From assembly GCA_965648905.1 (NCBI GenBank), contig CBFGIT010000001.1:96001-160000 (forward strand): a stretch of DNA of 64,000 bases, read 5' to 3'. Positions 27,502 through 38,322 of this stretch are shown here, one piece after another. The notes under the pieces are model-generated. The model saw only the letters and a program-made list of their open reading frames with translations. It was not told the DNA's origin and did no database searches. The position numbers and the translations under genes are program-made. How positions within the stretch are numbered: the stretch's first letter is position 1; each line of letters starts with the position of its first letter. This DNA comes from a candidate division WOR-3 bacterium (GTDB taxonomy: Bacteria; Hydrothermota; Tepidihabitantia; Tepidihabitantales; Tepidihabitantaceae).

Positions 27502-28872
27502 ATGAACACGCTCTCGTCTAAGGAAATCGATAACGGTCTGCGCGTCTCGATTGTCGAGGGTTCGTTCGCGACCCTGTATGCCACGCTCGCGGGCGGGATG
27601 TTCCTGAATGGCCTTGCGCTCTTTCTCGGCGCCAACTCATTCCAGATCGCTCTGCTCTCGGCCATCCCGGCACTGGTCACCGGCTTCTCGTTCCTTGCCG
27701 GATTCCTCGTGCGCCGGGCCGGCCGCCGTAAGCCGCTCGTACTCTGGACCGCGGGAGTCGGCCGCGCAGTCTTCATCGTCATCGTGCCCTTCCTGCTGCT
27801 CCAGCTCAAAGTCGGCCTCCTGCTCTTCTTCGCCACCATCGTGCTGTCAAGCATCCTTATGGCCATCGCCGGCACAACCTGGCAGTCGTGGATTTCCGAC
27901 CTCGTACCTGAAGAACGCCGGGGCCGGTTCTTCGGTCTGCGCAACGCGATTCATGGCCTTATCGGCGTCCTGACCGCGCTCACTGCCGGCCGCGCAATGG
28001 ACTTCTTGAAGTCACGGGGGCATGAGCTTACCGGCTACGGCCTTGCCTTTGGTCTGGCGGTTGTGTTCGGCCTCATCTCCACTCTGCTGCTCACCCGCCA
28101 GCCTGAACCAGCCATGCCTGAGAAACCGCCGGTCAGCCTGCGCGAACTGCTTTTTGGGCCACTCAAAGAACCGCAGTTCCGGCGCCTCACGACTTTCCTT
28201 GCGGTCTGGTTCCTCACCGGCACGCTCGCCTCGCCGTTCTACATGGTACACCTGCTCAAGAACCTGCATTTTTCCTTCACCGCCATCGGCGTCTACTCGA
28301 TAATCGGCGGGCTGACCGGACTCGTGTTCCAGCAGTTCTGGGGCCGGGTCATAGACAAATTCGGCTCGCGGCCGGTCACTATCCTCAACTTCTCCCTGGT
28401 CGGAATCATGCCGCTGCTCTGGATAATCGCCACCCCGACCTTTCGCCTGCCGATCTGGCTCGACGGCCTGCTCAATGGCATCATCTGGTCTGGTGCAAGC
28501 CTGGGACTCTGGAACCTGCTCCTTGACTTGGCCGACAACCCGCAGCGCAAAGAAAGCTACTTTGCCATCTACGGCGTGGTCACGGGCGTGGGCGCGTTCC
28601 TTGCCTCACTTCTTGCGGGCGCGGTCGCACAGGCCCTGTCCGGACTCCGCCTGCAGATTGCCGGATACACCTTCTTCAACTACGACGTGATGTTCCTTGC
28701 GTCCGGCCTCGCACGGTTCGCGTCTCTGCCCCTGCTGGCACGCGTGCACGAGCGGGACTCGAAGTCGGTGCGTCACACCGTGCGGGTCTTAGGCTCCCTT
28801 GCGCTCTGGCGTCTGAATGCGGGCAAAGACATGCTTCTCGACACCCTCGGCCTGCGCCAGCGAGAAGACTAA
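27502..28872 (+). CDS. MFS transporter
   Basis: About 12 TM helices, WISDLVP..RGRFFG, WGRVIDKFGSRP. Confidence 0.9.
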   Translation: MNTLSSKEIDNGLRVSIVEGSFATLYATLAGGMFLNGLALFLGANSFQIALLSAIPALVTGFSFLAGFLVRRAGRRKPLVLWTAGVGRAVFIVIVPFLLLQLKVGLLLFFATIVLSSILMAIAGTTWQSWISDLVPEERRGRFFGLRNAIHGLIGVLTALTAGRAMDFLKSRGHELTGYGLAFGLAVVFGLISTLLLTRQPEPAMPEKPPVSLRELLFGPLKEPQFRRLTTFLAVWFLTGTLASPFYMVHLLKNLHFSFTAIGVYSIIGGLTGLVFQQFWGRVIDKFGSRPVTILNFSLVGIMPLLWIIATPTFRLPIWLDGLLNGIIWSGASLGLWNLLLDLADNPQRKESYFAIYGVVTGVGAFLASLLAGAVAQALSGLRLQIAGYTFFNYDVMFLASGLARFASLPLLARVHERDSKSVRHTVRVLGSLALWRLNAGKDMLLDTLGLRQRED

Positions 28873-28971
28873 CCGCTCGTCAACACGTTGCTGGAGCTAC
28901 TGGCGTCTGCGACTAACCGGCACGGCCGCAAGGCGTGCGGTTGACTTGCCTTCTGCTGCTGGTAGATTCCC

Positions 28972-30069
28972 GTGGTGCTAAAAGCGTCCTCTGGCTTCAC
29001 GCGAACGGTCTGCCTTGCCCTCGCGCTGGTGCTTTCTGCCTGCGACAGACCAAGCCCGCGACGCCGCCCCCGGCCACGTAGAAGCGTCACCGTACAGCAG
29101 CGGGGGCCAACAGAGAAACCAGTGCCTGCGTCGTCACCGGACTCGCTGCGCTACGAAAAACCGGTCATGGACCAACGGGTCCGCCAAGTGCCCGATGAAC
29201 TCAGCCGCGCAGTCAGACAAGACCCTGAGACCCATCTGCCCAAGCTGGTCGCATTCCTGGTCAGAGACTGCCACACCGACTCGGCCAAGGCCCGGGTAAT
29301 CCACGACTGGCTGGCCGACAATGTCGCCTACGATGTGCAGGGCTATGCCTCTGGTCGGTTGCCGAGCGGAAGGCCGGCTGACGTGCTTCGCACGGGCAGG
29401 TCGGTATGTCAGGGATTCGGCAACTTGTTCGAGCAGATGTGCAGGCTCGCCGGACTCGAGTGTGTCACCATTTCCGGATATGGCCGAGGCTACTCCTTCC
29501 GCCTCTTCGAAAACGAAGACCCAGCCAAGAGCAACCATGCTTGGAACGCCGTCCGAATCGAAGGCCGCTGGCGCCTGGTCGACGTCACCTGGGACGCCGG
29601 TCACATCGCTGGCAGGCAGTACATCAAAGACTACAACCTAGATTACTTCTTCCTCGACCCGAGTGCTTTCATCTTCACCCACTTTCCAGCCGACCCTTCC
29701 TGGCAGTTGCTGACACCGGCACTGACCCCGCAACAGTTCACTAACCTGCCCTTCCTGCGCGGCAACTTCTGGACCTATAAGCTCAAGTTCACTACTCAAT
29801 TCTCGCGAGTCAACCGAGTTGACCGCAAATTGGAGTTCTCAATCATAGCGCCGCCTAACGTCTCAGTGCTGGTCAACCTGTTGTCTGAAGACGAGCGCGA
29901 GATTCCATCAGCGGCCACGGTTCGCCGCGACGGCTGCGCACACGACATAGCGGTCACCTTCCCCAATCCAGGCCGCTGGCTCGTGAGGGTCTATGCTACG
30001 GCCAGCTTGCCTTCAGACATGCACCCTGGGGTCGCGGACTTAGGGTGCCGACTCGATATGTGTCGCTAG
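28972..30069 (+). CDS. Transglutaminase-like lipoprotein
   Basis: Lipobox LSAC; catalytic triad SVCQG, HAWNAV, VDVTW. Confidence 0.85.
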   Translation: MVLKASSGFTRTVCLALALVLSACDRPSPRRRPRPRRSVTVQQRGPTEKPVPASSPDSLRYEKPVMDQRVRQVPDELSRAVRQDPETHLPKLVAFLVRDCHTDSAKARVIHDWLADNVAYDVQGYASGRLPSGRPADVLRTGRSVCQGFGNLFEQMCRLAGLECVTISGYGRGYSFRLFENEDPAKSNHAWNAVRIEGRWRLVDVTWDAGHIAGRQYIKDYNLDYFFLDPSAFIFTHFPADPSWQLLTPALTPQQFTNLPFLRGNFWTYKLKFTTQFSRVNRVDRKLEFSIIAPPNVSVLVNLLSEDEREIPSAATVRRDGCAHDIAVTFPNPGRWLVRVYATASLPSDMHPGVADLGCRLDMCR

Positions 30070-32186
30070 CGCCGACTCTGCTCCGAGGCATTTGGCCCCG
30101 CGCCGGTAACCCCGTCGCTGCCATCCGTTGGCTCCGACGTACTCGACGGCCCCTTGTTACCTTTCTGCGGCAGCTTCTCAAGCGCCGACGACGCGGCTGC
30201 CATGACGATGGAAACCAGAAGGAAGATAATCACGCCCCAGAACTGAGTCGGGAACGACACGACCTGTCCCCGCCCAAGACACCAGAGCAGGGACAAAGGC
30301 CAAACCATTGGGAGGAGGGGTATGACAAAGAGGAGTGGGTAGACGAGCCACATCCAGCGGGCAGGGACGCGCTTCAGGGCTAGCCGCTTGAGGGATCCCA
30401 ATTGACGGAGCCAAAAATGAGTTGCCAGCGCAGAAGCAAAGAGGACCAGCAGAAATAGCATTGCTGCAGGTATCCCGCGCGGGCGCGCGAACGAACCCAC
30501 GATGACAACACTCCACCATCCCAGGACCACGAGCTCAGCCAAAGCTAACAGCCGCGGCGGTTGCCATGTTGGACAACGTCGGAGCCGCACTGTCGCGCTC
30601 ACGCAGTACACGGCGGCAAGGAAGAGTATCGTTAAGACTACGATTGCCCGGTCGCAGTCGGGGATGATGTAGTCATTGCTGCTGGTTGAGATGTCGATGC
30701 GCGAATTGGCGCGGTCGTGGTCAACCGTAATCAGACTCAGGCGCCTCAGGTCGAAGCTCATGAAACTGGGCGAACCCCCGATATCGGTGAATATCGACTG
30801 CTCCGCCCCGGTTCTGCCAACCCGAGCGGCCTCAGACAACGCCATTGCCCCCCGCAACAGATCGCCACCGGGGTCTGACGATACGAGAGCGACAACCTCT
30901 CGACGACCGGGTCTGTACGTGACCGCAATCTCCTTCTTCCCCGAAATAGCTTTCATCTGCCTGGACTTACCATTCAGTCTGATTCCCAAGGCTTCCATGC
31001 CCGGTAATGAGAAGATGTGGGTAGTACAACGTGCTGCAGCCGACAAGAGCCATGGTGTCACAGCCGAGAGTTGGACGAATCGACCATCTCGTTCGACAGC
31101 GAACGGCCCGAGCTTCTTCTTCGGCAACTCAGAGTTGCACCAGTACGGAGGGTAGATGCAGATGGTGGTCGACTCACCAGTTGCTGAGAAGTCCAGTACA
31201 AATGGTTCAGCAGTACACAGCATCGCCAGTAAGCGGTCGATTGCCTCCCGCACCCTGGCAACGAGGACGGCTGGGTCCCTGTACTGCCATACCCTGACGG
31301 TCAGCGCGGTGTCGCTCAGATCCAGCCTCGGGCACAGGCGCTGCCACAACCTGCCGCGGTAGTATCTGGTCGTGTCACGTGGCCCCTTCTGGAGAAAGAC
31401 AGGGAGCAACACGACCAGTTCGTTGGCTGACTCGAAGAGCCGGACAGAGTTCTCAAACGACGAATCAGCCCGAGCCAAGTTTTCGCCATTGAGTACGACG
31501 CATGAGTTGTCTGACTCCTCGCTCCAGATGCCATCCGTGAGGATGATCGCGAGCTTCACCTTTCTGTCCTTGAGCTCATAACACGCGCGCGGTTCATCCT
31601 CTCTCCGGTCCTGCCCGAACCACCTGAACAAGTCGACCAACCTAGTCTGGGTGTCGGTGCAGCGCACCCTGTCGCACGGATCGAACCCGCGAACGGCATT
31701 ACCGAAGAGAAAAATGGGAATCCTTGTGCCGACGCGCACGACTGAGCCAGGCCGCTTCGCGACCATGTCGAGTAGGGTTTCGACAGCGTGACAGCTTTGT
31801 GAGACATCGAGGAACAAGGCAACCTCGACCGTCTGGTCCAGAGCACTGTAATCTAGCCCGGTCTCCACAACACACTGAGCAAGCTTCCTGTCAAGGAACA
31901 AACCCCGCTTGATCTTACACACGTACTGCACGAGTTTCCCGGCTTGCTCGCTCATGGGGGAGGTTCCTTCGATCTTCTGTTGTATGTACTCCTCAACATC
32001 CCTTCGCACTTGACCTGTCGGCAGCGTATCGTGTCGCAATATCAATTCCCGGCGGATGGACTGGTACGTAAGCACCGTGTCCTTCTTGTCGTATGCACGC
32101 AGGAACGTGCTGATCTGTTCGCACAACGAGTCACTCAGTACACCGAACGAGCTGACCAACACTGCCGACAACATGATAGTGTACAT
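30066..32186 (-). CDS. Exported/membrane vWA-domain protein
   Basis: Signal peptide, MIDAS-like LFLDVSQS and IILTDG, several C-terminal TM helices. Confidence 0.65.
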   Translation of the reverse strand: MYTIMLSAVLVSSFGVLSDSLCEQISTFLRAYDKKDTVLTYQSIRRELILRHDTLPTGQVRRDVEEYIQQKIEGTSPMSEQAGKLVQYVCKIKRGLFLDRKLAQCVVETGLDYSALDQTVEVALFLDVSQSCHAVETLLDMVAKRPGSVVRVGTRIPIFLFGNAVRGFDPCDRVRCTDTQTRLVDLFRWFGQDRREDEPRACYELKDRKVKLAIILTDGIWSEESDNSCVVLNGENLARADSSFENSVRLFESANELVVLLPVFLQKGPRDTTRYYRGRLWQRLCPRLDLSDTALTVRVWQYRDPAVLVARVREAIDRLLAMLCTAEPFVLDFSATGESTTICIYPPYWCNSELPKKKLGPFAVERDGRFVQLSAVTPWLLSAAARCTTHIFSLPGMEALGIRLNGKSRQMKAISGKKEIAVTYRPGRREVVALVSSDPGGDLLRGAMALSEAARVGRTGAEQSIFTDIGGSPSFMSFDLRRLSLITVDHDRANSRIDISTSSNDYIIPDCDRAIVVLTILFLAAVYCVSATVRLRRCPTWQPPRLLALAELVVLGWWSVVIVGSFARPRGIPAAMLFLLVLFASALATHFWLRQLGSLKRLALKRVPARWMWLVYPLLFVIPLLPMVWPLSLLWCLGRGQVVSFPTQFWGVIIFLLVSIVMAAASSALEKLPQKGNKGPSSTSEPTDGSDGVTGAGPNASEQSRR

Positions 32187-32265
32187 ACGTCAGCTAACTC
32201 CCTTCTCATGAACCTGCACGTAATAACCAGCAGCACAGCTATCTATAGTCAACGCGTTGCCCGAT

Positions 32266-33798
32266 CTACTGCTTGACCAGCCTCGCCCCGCCCCAAACCG
32301 ACCAGTCCCAGTAATTGTTCTCAACAGTCTCTACGATGAGGTCCATCTGCTGCGCGCCTTCGACGGAGACGGAAACGGTCTTGCGGTCATCCCAGTCCAT
32401 GACTCCGCTGTCATAGACCTTCTTGCCGTCGAGCCAGACCTGGAAGATGACGCTGCCGCGGCCACCCGCAAAGTCGCCCGGCACACCACGTCTGGGATTG
32501 CCGGCGTCCCATAGTCCGATGTCGCTTTCAAACCGCTTGTACCGCCCGTTCAGTTTCCACCGCAGCCTAGCTGGTGCGTGTGTATGAAGTCCTCGTCGGT
32601 AGGTCGTTCCGCAGATGACAATGGGTCGTCCTCTGAAAGCGTCCTTCTCTAGTTCACACTGTTCAACTTCGGCCGGCTGAAGGTCGCTGACGTACACCGT
32701 TTCCTCGGGCGGCGGTGGCGGCTTGGTGGCGTGTTCAATATGTCGAAGGATGACCGCATCCAGATAGGTCTCTGCTTTGTGCGTGATCGTCCAGTCTTGG
32801 TCATAGACCACAACCGCGGGCGGCTTGACGTCGAGCCTGCGAAGGAAATCCCGTTCGGCAATGGCGTTCTCGAAGCTGATGCCGGCTCCGGCCACGAATC
32901 TCCGGGCCTCAACAGTATCGTCCGGATACGCCAGCACGCCGATGACTCTGAGCAGGTCTGAGCGAGTCTGCCGCGCCAACCGGTCAAGGGTTTTCATGTC
33001 CTCCTTCGTGCGCGCGTCGAGCGGGGTCCAGAAGTAGAAAACAGTCCGGGTGGGTAGGACCGGCCGACTTGATACCGAGTTGCGTCCGTCGAGTGCTGGC
33101 AAACGGAACTGCTCAGCAGCGGCTACGGATTTCCTTCTGGCCGGCGTTGGGGCTAACGGCGGGGGCATCCTGCTGCTCCGTACGTCTTCAGCAGACGTGA
33201 ACGGCACGCCAACCGCAAGCCTAGCCGCGGCATAAAGAGTACCAACTACCGGCGAGCCGGACGGCCCTATCAGGAGATATCCGACCTCCAGTCCGGTGAT
33301 GGCAAACAGGTGCAAGGCAGCATACAATGCGTAGTGCTTGCTGCCTTTCATCCCCCAGGCATTGCCCGTAGCCACGAAGGACAGGCTACTGAAATAGCCA
33401 ACCTTCCCAGCCATAATGGTGGTATCGGGATCGCTCAGCGGAAGGAGAAAACGCAACTCTGGCGTGAACAACCCGTAGCTCTCCATAGCCGACGGCCCAC
33501 AGGACCAGCCGTCAGCCACCGTGACACCAACACCAATCCCCGGCATGAGGCGGTTGCTGCCGCCAAGGCCATAGGTGAGTTTTAGGGCCTCGAACCTGCC
33601 CGTGAGTTTGTCAGGGCCAACTGGGAAACCAACCTCAGCGCCAACGAGCTCGAAGTAGTACCACTTGGCCATTAGTGGACTAAGTGATGCTATCAAGGCG
33701 ACAATCGTGCACACTCGGAAGGCCACCGTCTGAATCAACGGACTGCGAAAAGCGAACGATGACCTCGCGGAAACGAAGCTGGTGCCATACGTTTTCAC
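32266..33798 (-). CDS. Exported protein with Cys-less thioredoxin-like domain and C-terminal NPCBM/NEW2 domain
   Basis: FRLPALDG, VFYFWTP, PAVVVYD; RGLHTHAP, GSVIFQVWLDGKKVYDSG, DWSVWGGARL. Confidence 0.7.
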   Translation of the reverse strand: MKTYGTSFVSARSSFAFRSPLIQTVAFRVCTIVALIASLSPLMAKWYYFELVGAEVGFPVGPDKLTGRFEALKLTYGLGGSNRLMPGIGVGVTVADGWSCGPSAMESYGLFTPELRFLLPLSDPDTTIMAGKVGYFSSLSFVATGNAWGMKGSKHYALYAALHLFAITGLEVGYLLIGPSGSPVVGTLYAAARLAVGVPFTSAEDVRSSRMPPPLAPTPARRKSVAAAEQFRLPALDGRNSVSSRPVLPTRTVFYFWTPLDARTKEDMKTLDRLARQTRSDLLRVIGVLAYPDDTVEARRFVAGAGISFENAIAERDFLRRLDVKPPAVVVYDQDWTITHKAETYLDAVILRHIEHATKPPPPPEETVYVSDLQPAEVEQCELEKDAFRGRPIVICGTTYRRGLHTHAPARLRWKLNGRYKRFESDIGLWDAGNPRRGVPGDFAGGRGSVIFQVWLDGKKVYDSGVMDWDDRKTVSVSVEGAQQMDLIVETVENNYWDWSVWGGARLVKQ

Positions 33799-36700
33799 TT
33801 CTTGTGCAGCCGATAGTTGAAGAACTGCTTCCCTTCGGTTACGGTCTCCAGCGCGAGGTGAGATTCGTAACCCTCCTTGGTGAGTACAAACGTATGTTGT
33901 CCGGCAGTCAGGTACGCTTCGGTCGTGGTGTAGCCGTATGACGTGCCGTCAATATGAACCAGCGCACTCTCGGGCTTTGAGTCAATCCGGACCTTCAGTA
34001 ACTGGCTGAGGGCGAAGGATAGTTGCGACGCTCCTGGCTCAACCGTTCTCCGTTCGCCTGATACAGTTGCGTACCCAGGTAGAAACAGGTCAAACCTGTG
34101 CTGGCCTAGCTCCAGATCAACCGTCGTTGGGGTCTTGCCCCAGGGCGTGCCGTCGATCGTAAGACTGGCGCCTTTGGGCTCGGACTCGATGCGCACTGAC
34201 TGCTTGCGGCGCACAGCAGAGGTCTCCTGCGGAGGAAAAAGTGGTGGCTTCGCTGAGCGCTTCTCTTCTGGCAGGGGATTCTTTGGCCTCTCCGTATTCG
34301 TCTCTTTCTCAGCAAATGCGTCCAGCGATACGAGCCCGAACCGACCTTCGCTTCGCCGGAATCTGACGGTACGGCCGCTCACGTCCACCACCTCAATACT
34401 TTCGCCTGGTGTGAGATGCCCATCCGGTCGATTGGTAGCGTAGTCCACAACAGGGGCTGCGCTCAGGACTTTGCGGAACTTGCCGTAAGGAAGAAAGGCG
34501 TCACTGTGAATCCAGCCCTCGCCTTGCGGGGTTCTGACCGAGTACCAGCGCTCGTCGCCGAGTGTTGAATCAACAACCTTGACTGTCGCGCCTGCTGACA
34601 GGGTTGCCTTGATAACGGAGTAGCGGTCCGCGCCTTCGCGCAGGTTCACCGACTCGCGTACGACTGTTTCGGTGCGGCCGCGAAACGCCCCGGCGTAGCA
34701 GTTCCATGCCTGCGGAGCTACACGACCGAGTAGCAAACCGCACAATCCCAACGGCACGAGTACCGCCCAATGCAGGTAGGCGTAGAGGTGCTCCTTAGGG
34801 ATGAGAGTAGTCAGGAGAACTGTGTAGAATGGCACGAGACCAAACAATACCTGAGGAGCTGCAAGAAAGACAAGCCCTGCGCTGAACACCCAGCACATTG
34901 CCTTCCAGAGCCACTGGGCACGCAGGAACAAGCCCAGAAACAAGGCTCCGAGCGCGACCGCAAGCACTGCAATGTCGAAGAGCGACCAGATTACGCCTGA
35001 GGTCGTGGCGAAGTAGGGCAGAAAGGCGAGCCCCGGAAACAAGGCGAGAAGGACAGCGGCCCAACGGTAGTCGGTCGTTGGTGCTGGCTTTGGTTTCCTG
35101 ACCGGTTTGCGTAGGGTTATCTTTCCCCACTTGACACCAGGTTTGACGTAGTCGGCCTTCCAGCCTGGCGGAAACTCCTCCAGCTTGAGCAATTCACGCC
35201 ACCTTTGTCTGAGCTTGTCCAGGTTGTCCAGTGTCGCCCGTTCTTCCTTGGTCATGTCAGCGCGATAGTCCGACGGCGTTAGCGCATCCAGCAAGTTCAG
35301 TGCCTGCTCCTGGACCTGCTTGTTCATGAGGTCCAGTTTCCACTTCGGAGCAAAGCTGGAGAGGTCGTCTGAGCGGTTCTTGACCTTGGTCATGAAGGTC
35401 TGGGCTCTGGCGATGTGCTGCGGTACACGCTCTACTCTTCTGACGAGCTCATTCAGCAAGTTGCCGGTCTCTTTGACAAGGTCGTCCATCTTTTCGTGCG
35501 CCTCGACCTTGGCCTTGCGAAGAACCTTCTCTCCGGCCCGGTATCCAACCTGAACAACCTTGTCAACCGTGAGGTCGGAATCACTGGTGAGTTTGTCTCG
35601 GTTGACAACCTCCACTTCGTGCTTCAACTGGTGCTCGGTAAGACCGCCTTTCGGGTGTATTTCCTGAACACCAAGCTTGTCCAGCCACCCACTCAGAAGC
35701 TCGCCCTGCTTCTCCGTGCGCAGCAGGTCAAACAGGCCAAGGCACTGCTCCGGCTCAGCCATCCCCTTTCGGGCCAGGCCGAGGACAAGGGCAAGGGAAC
35801 CAGCCTTGGCCCCAAGTTTCTCTTCGGTCTCACGTGCCAGCTTCCAGAGCGGCGGTTCATCGAGGGCCAGCTCAACCACGGCCTTCTTCTCCATGTCGGC
35901 GGACGCGAGTCTGAGACCGGGTTCAATCACACGAGCAACCAGGAGCTTGCCCTCCTGCGCGATGAACTCCTTCACGTTCTCCGGTGGTTGGGCGCCGCGG
36001 AACTCGTAGTTACCCAGTTCGGCTGGCGTGATGCTGGTGTCAATTACCGGCTCGACCAGTTCCAACCCGCCAAGACGGGCGATGTCTTCGTAGTCGGCCC
36101 GCTGGAAGCCGGCGCGGATGAGCTCCGCAGCCAGCTCGAAGAACACACGCTGGTCATGGTGTCTGGTCAGGAGCGACTGTACGAGCTGCTCGATCGTCTC
36201 AACGCGCTTCTTGTCGAGCTGGGCTGCCCGGCGGCGCACCGCGGTCCGCACCTTGTCAGCAGCGCTCTTGACCGGAGCGGCGCGGCTGCGCAGAGTCAGC
36301 ACACCGCGGAAAGCATCGTGGAAGCATTCCTTGGACGAAAACACATTGATGTCTGAACGACCGACGCGCTCAAGCACCAGCCCGGCCAGGGTCCTGAGTC
36401 CTTCGGTTCCGGCCCAGTCGCTCAGAATCAGGGTACGACATTGCGCATCGGGGTCAAGGTCTTTGACTGCCTTGGCAAGCGCAGGCAGCGTTGCCTCAAG
36501 CCCAGGGACTTCTGCCGATGCGAAGACAAATGGGCCGCTCCAGCGTTCCTCTCCCTGCAGCGCTGCCTGGAAGTCAGCGAATATCTGGTTCTCGTGCTCG
36601 GGGAATAGACGCAGGTGCTGCTCCAGTTCCTCGCGTTCTGCCTTGAGCCTGTTCCAGATCGCCTGCAAAGACAAGTCCGGCAACTCCTGTTGAGCCGCGA

Positions 36701-37058
36701 TGTCATAGTCCTTGACCACGCCGGCAAGCGCGGAACTGAATCCAATCGTCAGCACCAGAGTTGGCCCGCGCGACTTCTCGGCAAAGGCGTAGTAGACAGC
36801 CAAAAGTCGCGGCATAGGCGCCACCCGCTTGGCCAGCCGTTTGGGCAGGTCTACGCCAGCGAACACTGCAAGTTCCTTGGCTTTCATGACTTCGGGCAGG
36901 TCGACCAAGCTCGCGTTCTTGGGCGGCAACGTCCTCAGGTCGCCTACGCCGGTGCCTACTGCTATCGTGTACGTATCCTTGTCCCGCCACCGGTCAACAA
37001 TCGTCAATGATGCGGGCTTCGGCCGGCTGGCTTGATTCTCAGGTTGACTGGATGGCAT
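33795..37058 (-). CDS. Membrane protein with tandem GrpE-like domains, SH3b and PEGA domains
   Basis: LGVQEI..VDKVVQVGYRAGEKVLRKAKV and VARVIEPGLRL (GrpE head); TM block; VNLREG..WYSV..GWIH (SH3b); two IxSxPxxAxxxIDG (PEGA). Confidence 0.72.
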   Translation of the reverse strand: MPSSQPENQASRPKPASLTIVDRWRDKDTYTIAVGTGVGDLRTLPPKNASLVDLPEVMKAKELAVFAGVDLPKRLAKRVAPMPRLLAVYYAFAEKSRGPTLVLTIGFSSALAGVVKDYDIAAQQELPDLSLQAIWNRLKAEREELEQHLRLFPEHENQIFADFQAALQGEERWSGPFVFASAEVPGLEATLPALAKAVKDLDPDAQCRTLILSDWAGTEGLRTLAGLVLERVGRSDINVFSSKECFHDAFRGVLTLRSRAAPVKSAADKVRTAVRRRAAQLDKKRVETIEQLVQSLLTRHHDQRVFFELAAELIRAGFQRADYEDIARLGGLELVEPVIDTSITPAELGNYEFRGAQPPENVKEFIAQEGKLLVARVIEPGLRLASADMEKKAVVELALDEPPLWKLARETEEKLGAKAGSLALVLGLARKGMAEPEQCLGLFDLLRTEKQGELLSGWLDKLGVQEIHPKGGLTEHQLKHEVEVVNRDKLTSDSDLTVDKVVQVGYRAGEKVLRKAKVEAHEKMDDLVKETGNLLNELVRRVERVPQHIARAQTFMTKVKNRSDDLSSFAPKWKLDLMNKQVQEQALNLLDALTPSDYRADMTKEERATLDNLDKLRQRWRELLKLEEFPPGWKADYVKPGVKWGKITLRKPVRKPKPAPTTDYRWAAVLLALFPGLAFLPYFATTSGVIWSLFDIAVLAVALGALFLGLFLRAQWLWKAMCWVFSAGLVFLAAPQVLFGLVPFYTVLLTTLIPKEHLYAYLHWAVLVPLGLCGLLLGRVAPQAWNCYAGAFRGRTETVVRESVNLREGADRYSVIKATLSAGATVKVVDSTLGDERWYSVRTPQGEGWIHSDAFLPYGKFRKVLSAAPVVDYATNRPDGHLTPGESIEVVDVSGRTVRFRRSEGRFGLVSLDAFAEKETNTERPKNPLPEEKRSAKPPLFPPQETSAVRRKQSVRIESEPKGASLTIDGTPWGKTPTTVDLELGQHRFDLFLPGYATVSGERRTVEPGASQLSFALSQLLKVRIDSKPESALVHIDGTSYGYTTTEAYLTAGQHTFVLTKEGYESHLALETVTEGKQFFNYRLHKK

Positions 37059-37128
37059 TTTCTTGCCCGGTCGGTCTTCGTCCAGTTGTCATGGCTTCTC
37101 GCGCCACCCCGTCCGTTCCCCTTCTGAG

Positions 37129-38322
37129 CTATCCGGTCTGCTCGACAACCACCCTTGGCTTGCGCAGGACCTCGCCAGTAGTGATGATGCGGTAGCCCGG
37201 CCCTTCGACCTCGGCGACTCGCACCTTCTCGCCGTAGCCGACAACGCGCACGATATCCAGGGACGCGCTGTCACCCACGGGGTCGTGCTTACGCGGAGCG
37301 AATTCCTCGACGCCGAGGTTTCGCATCAAACTCCCGCGCTCGGACTTCAGCTCATTGGTGTTCGTCTTGTCAAGGAGGTCGCAGAACGCGATGGGACGAT
37401 GGTAGACGGCAAGCTCGGTTAGTGCCCGGTCGAGCCGGTCAAGTGCGATGCCGAACTGGTTTCTGTCCTCGTCGAGTGTCGTCGGGTTGGTCCGCTCGGC
37501 CTTGCGTGTTAACTGCGCAAGGTTGTCTGCCATCTCCGTGGCGCCAAGGTAGATGCGGTACCTCTGTCCCATGTCAGAATCCCCCGCAGAGCTTGACCTC
37601 AGTTTCCTTACAAGCGCGCTCGTCGCTTGGGCTGTCGCGAGTATCGGGTGTCGAGCCTCGATGTCCTTCAGTGCGTCCCTGGCTCGCTGGGTAAAAGCCT
37701 GCTTTGCTTCCTTGAACCGCGCCGACTCCTGTTCTGACTGCAACTGCCTTATCTGGCCGGCCACCAATTGCGGCATCTTCGACAGCGCCTCGCGGGTCGC
37801 TGCGTCAGCCTGGTCTCGGGCCTTTGTCTGCTCATCGAGTCGCTGCTTCACCTCTGCCACATCATCGTGCAGTTTCTTCAGAGATTGCCTAAGACCCTCG
37901 AAGTCCGAACTTCTCTTATCGACTTCAACGTCTGGCTTCGACGCTTGCTCGCCTCTTCGCAGTATCCGAATTGAGGCTATCAGCAACGCGAGTCCGACAC
38001 CAAGCAGCGCTGTACTGAGCGCCAGGACAACCAGGGCTGTTACTGACACTCGAACCGCAGTACGGTCGGGTTCCTGCTGACCGCTGCTGTCAGGTAGTGC
38101 GGTGTCTGTATCGGGAGCGTGACTGCTCTCCTGCGCGGCAACTGCCGAAACGACGTCCTGTCCTGCGAGACTCCCGCTGTCTTGCTCGCTGGCCGTGCTT
38201 TCTGGCACAGGTTCACCCTTGTCCTGCTGCTGGGACGCGGGGCGTCTGCCCGCGCCGACCGCCAGCAATACAAAGAAGCAGGCTGCAATCATCAGGCCGG
38301 CCCGACTCATGGCAGTCCTCAT
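37129..38322 (-). CDS. Membrane-anchored GrpE-like protein
   Basis: Signal/TM segments, coiled coil, C-terminal LGVEEF..VAEVEGPGYR..GEVLRKPRVVV. Confidence 0.72.
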   Translation of the reverse strand: MRTAMSRAGLMIAACFFVLLAVGAGRRPASQQQDKGEPVPESTASEQDSGSLAGQDVVSAVAAQESSHAPDTDTALPDSSGQQEPDRTAVRVSVTALVVLALSTALLGVGLALLIASIRILRRGEQASKPDVEVDKRSSDFEGLRQSLKKLHDDVAEVKQRLDEQTKARDQADAATREALSKMPQLVAGQIRQLQSEQESARFKEAKQAFTQRARDALKDIEARHPILATAQATSALVRKLRSSSAGDSDMGQRYRIYLGATEMADNLAQLTRKAERTNPTTLDEDRNQFGIALDRLDRALTELAVYHRPIAFCDLLDKTNTNELKSERGSLMRNLGVEEFAPRKHDPVGDSASLDIVRVVGYGEKVRVAEVEGPGYRIITTGEVLRKPRVVVEQTG

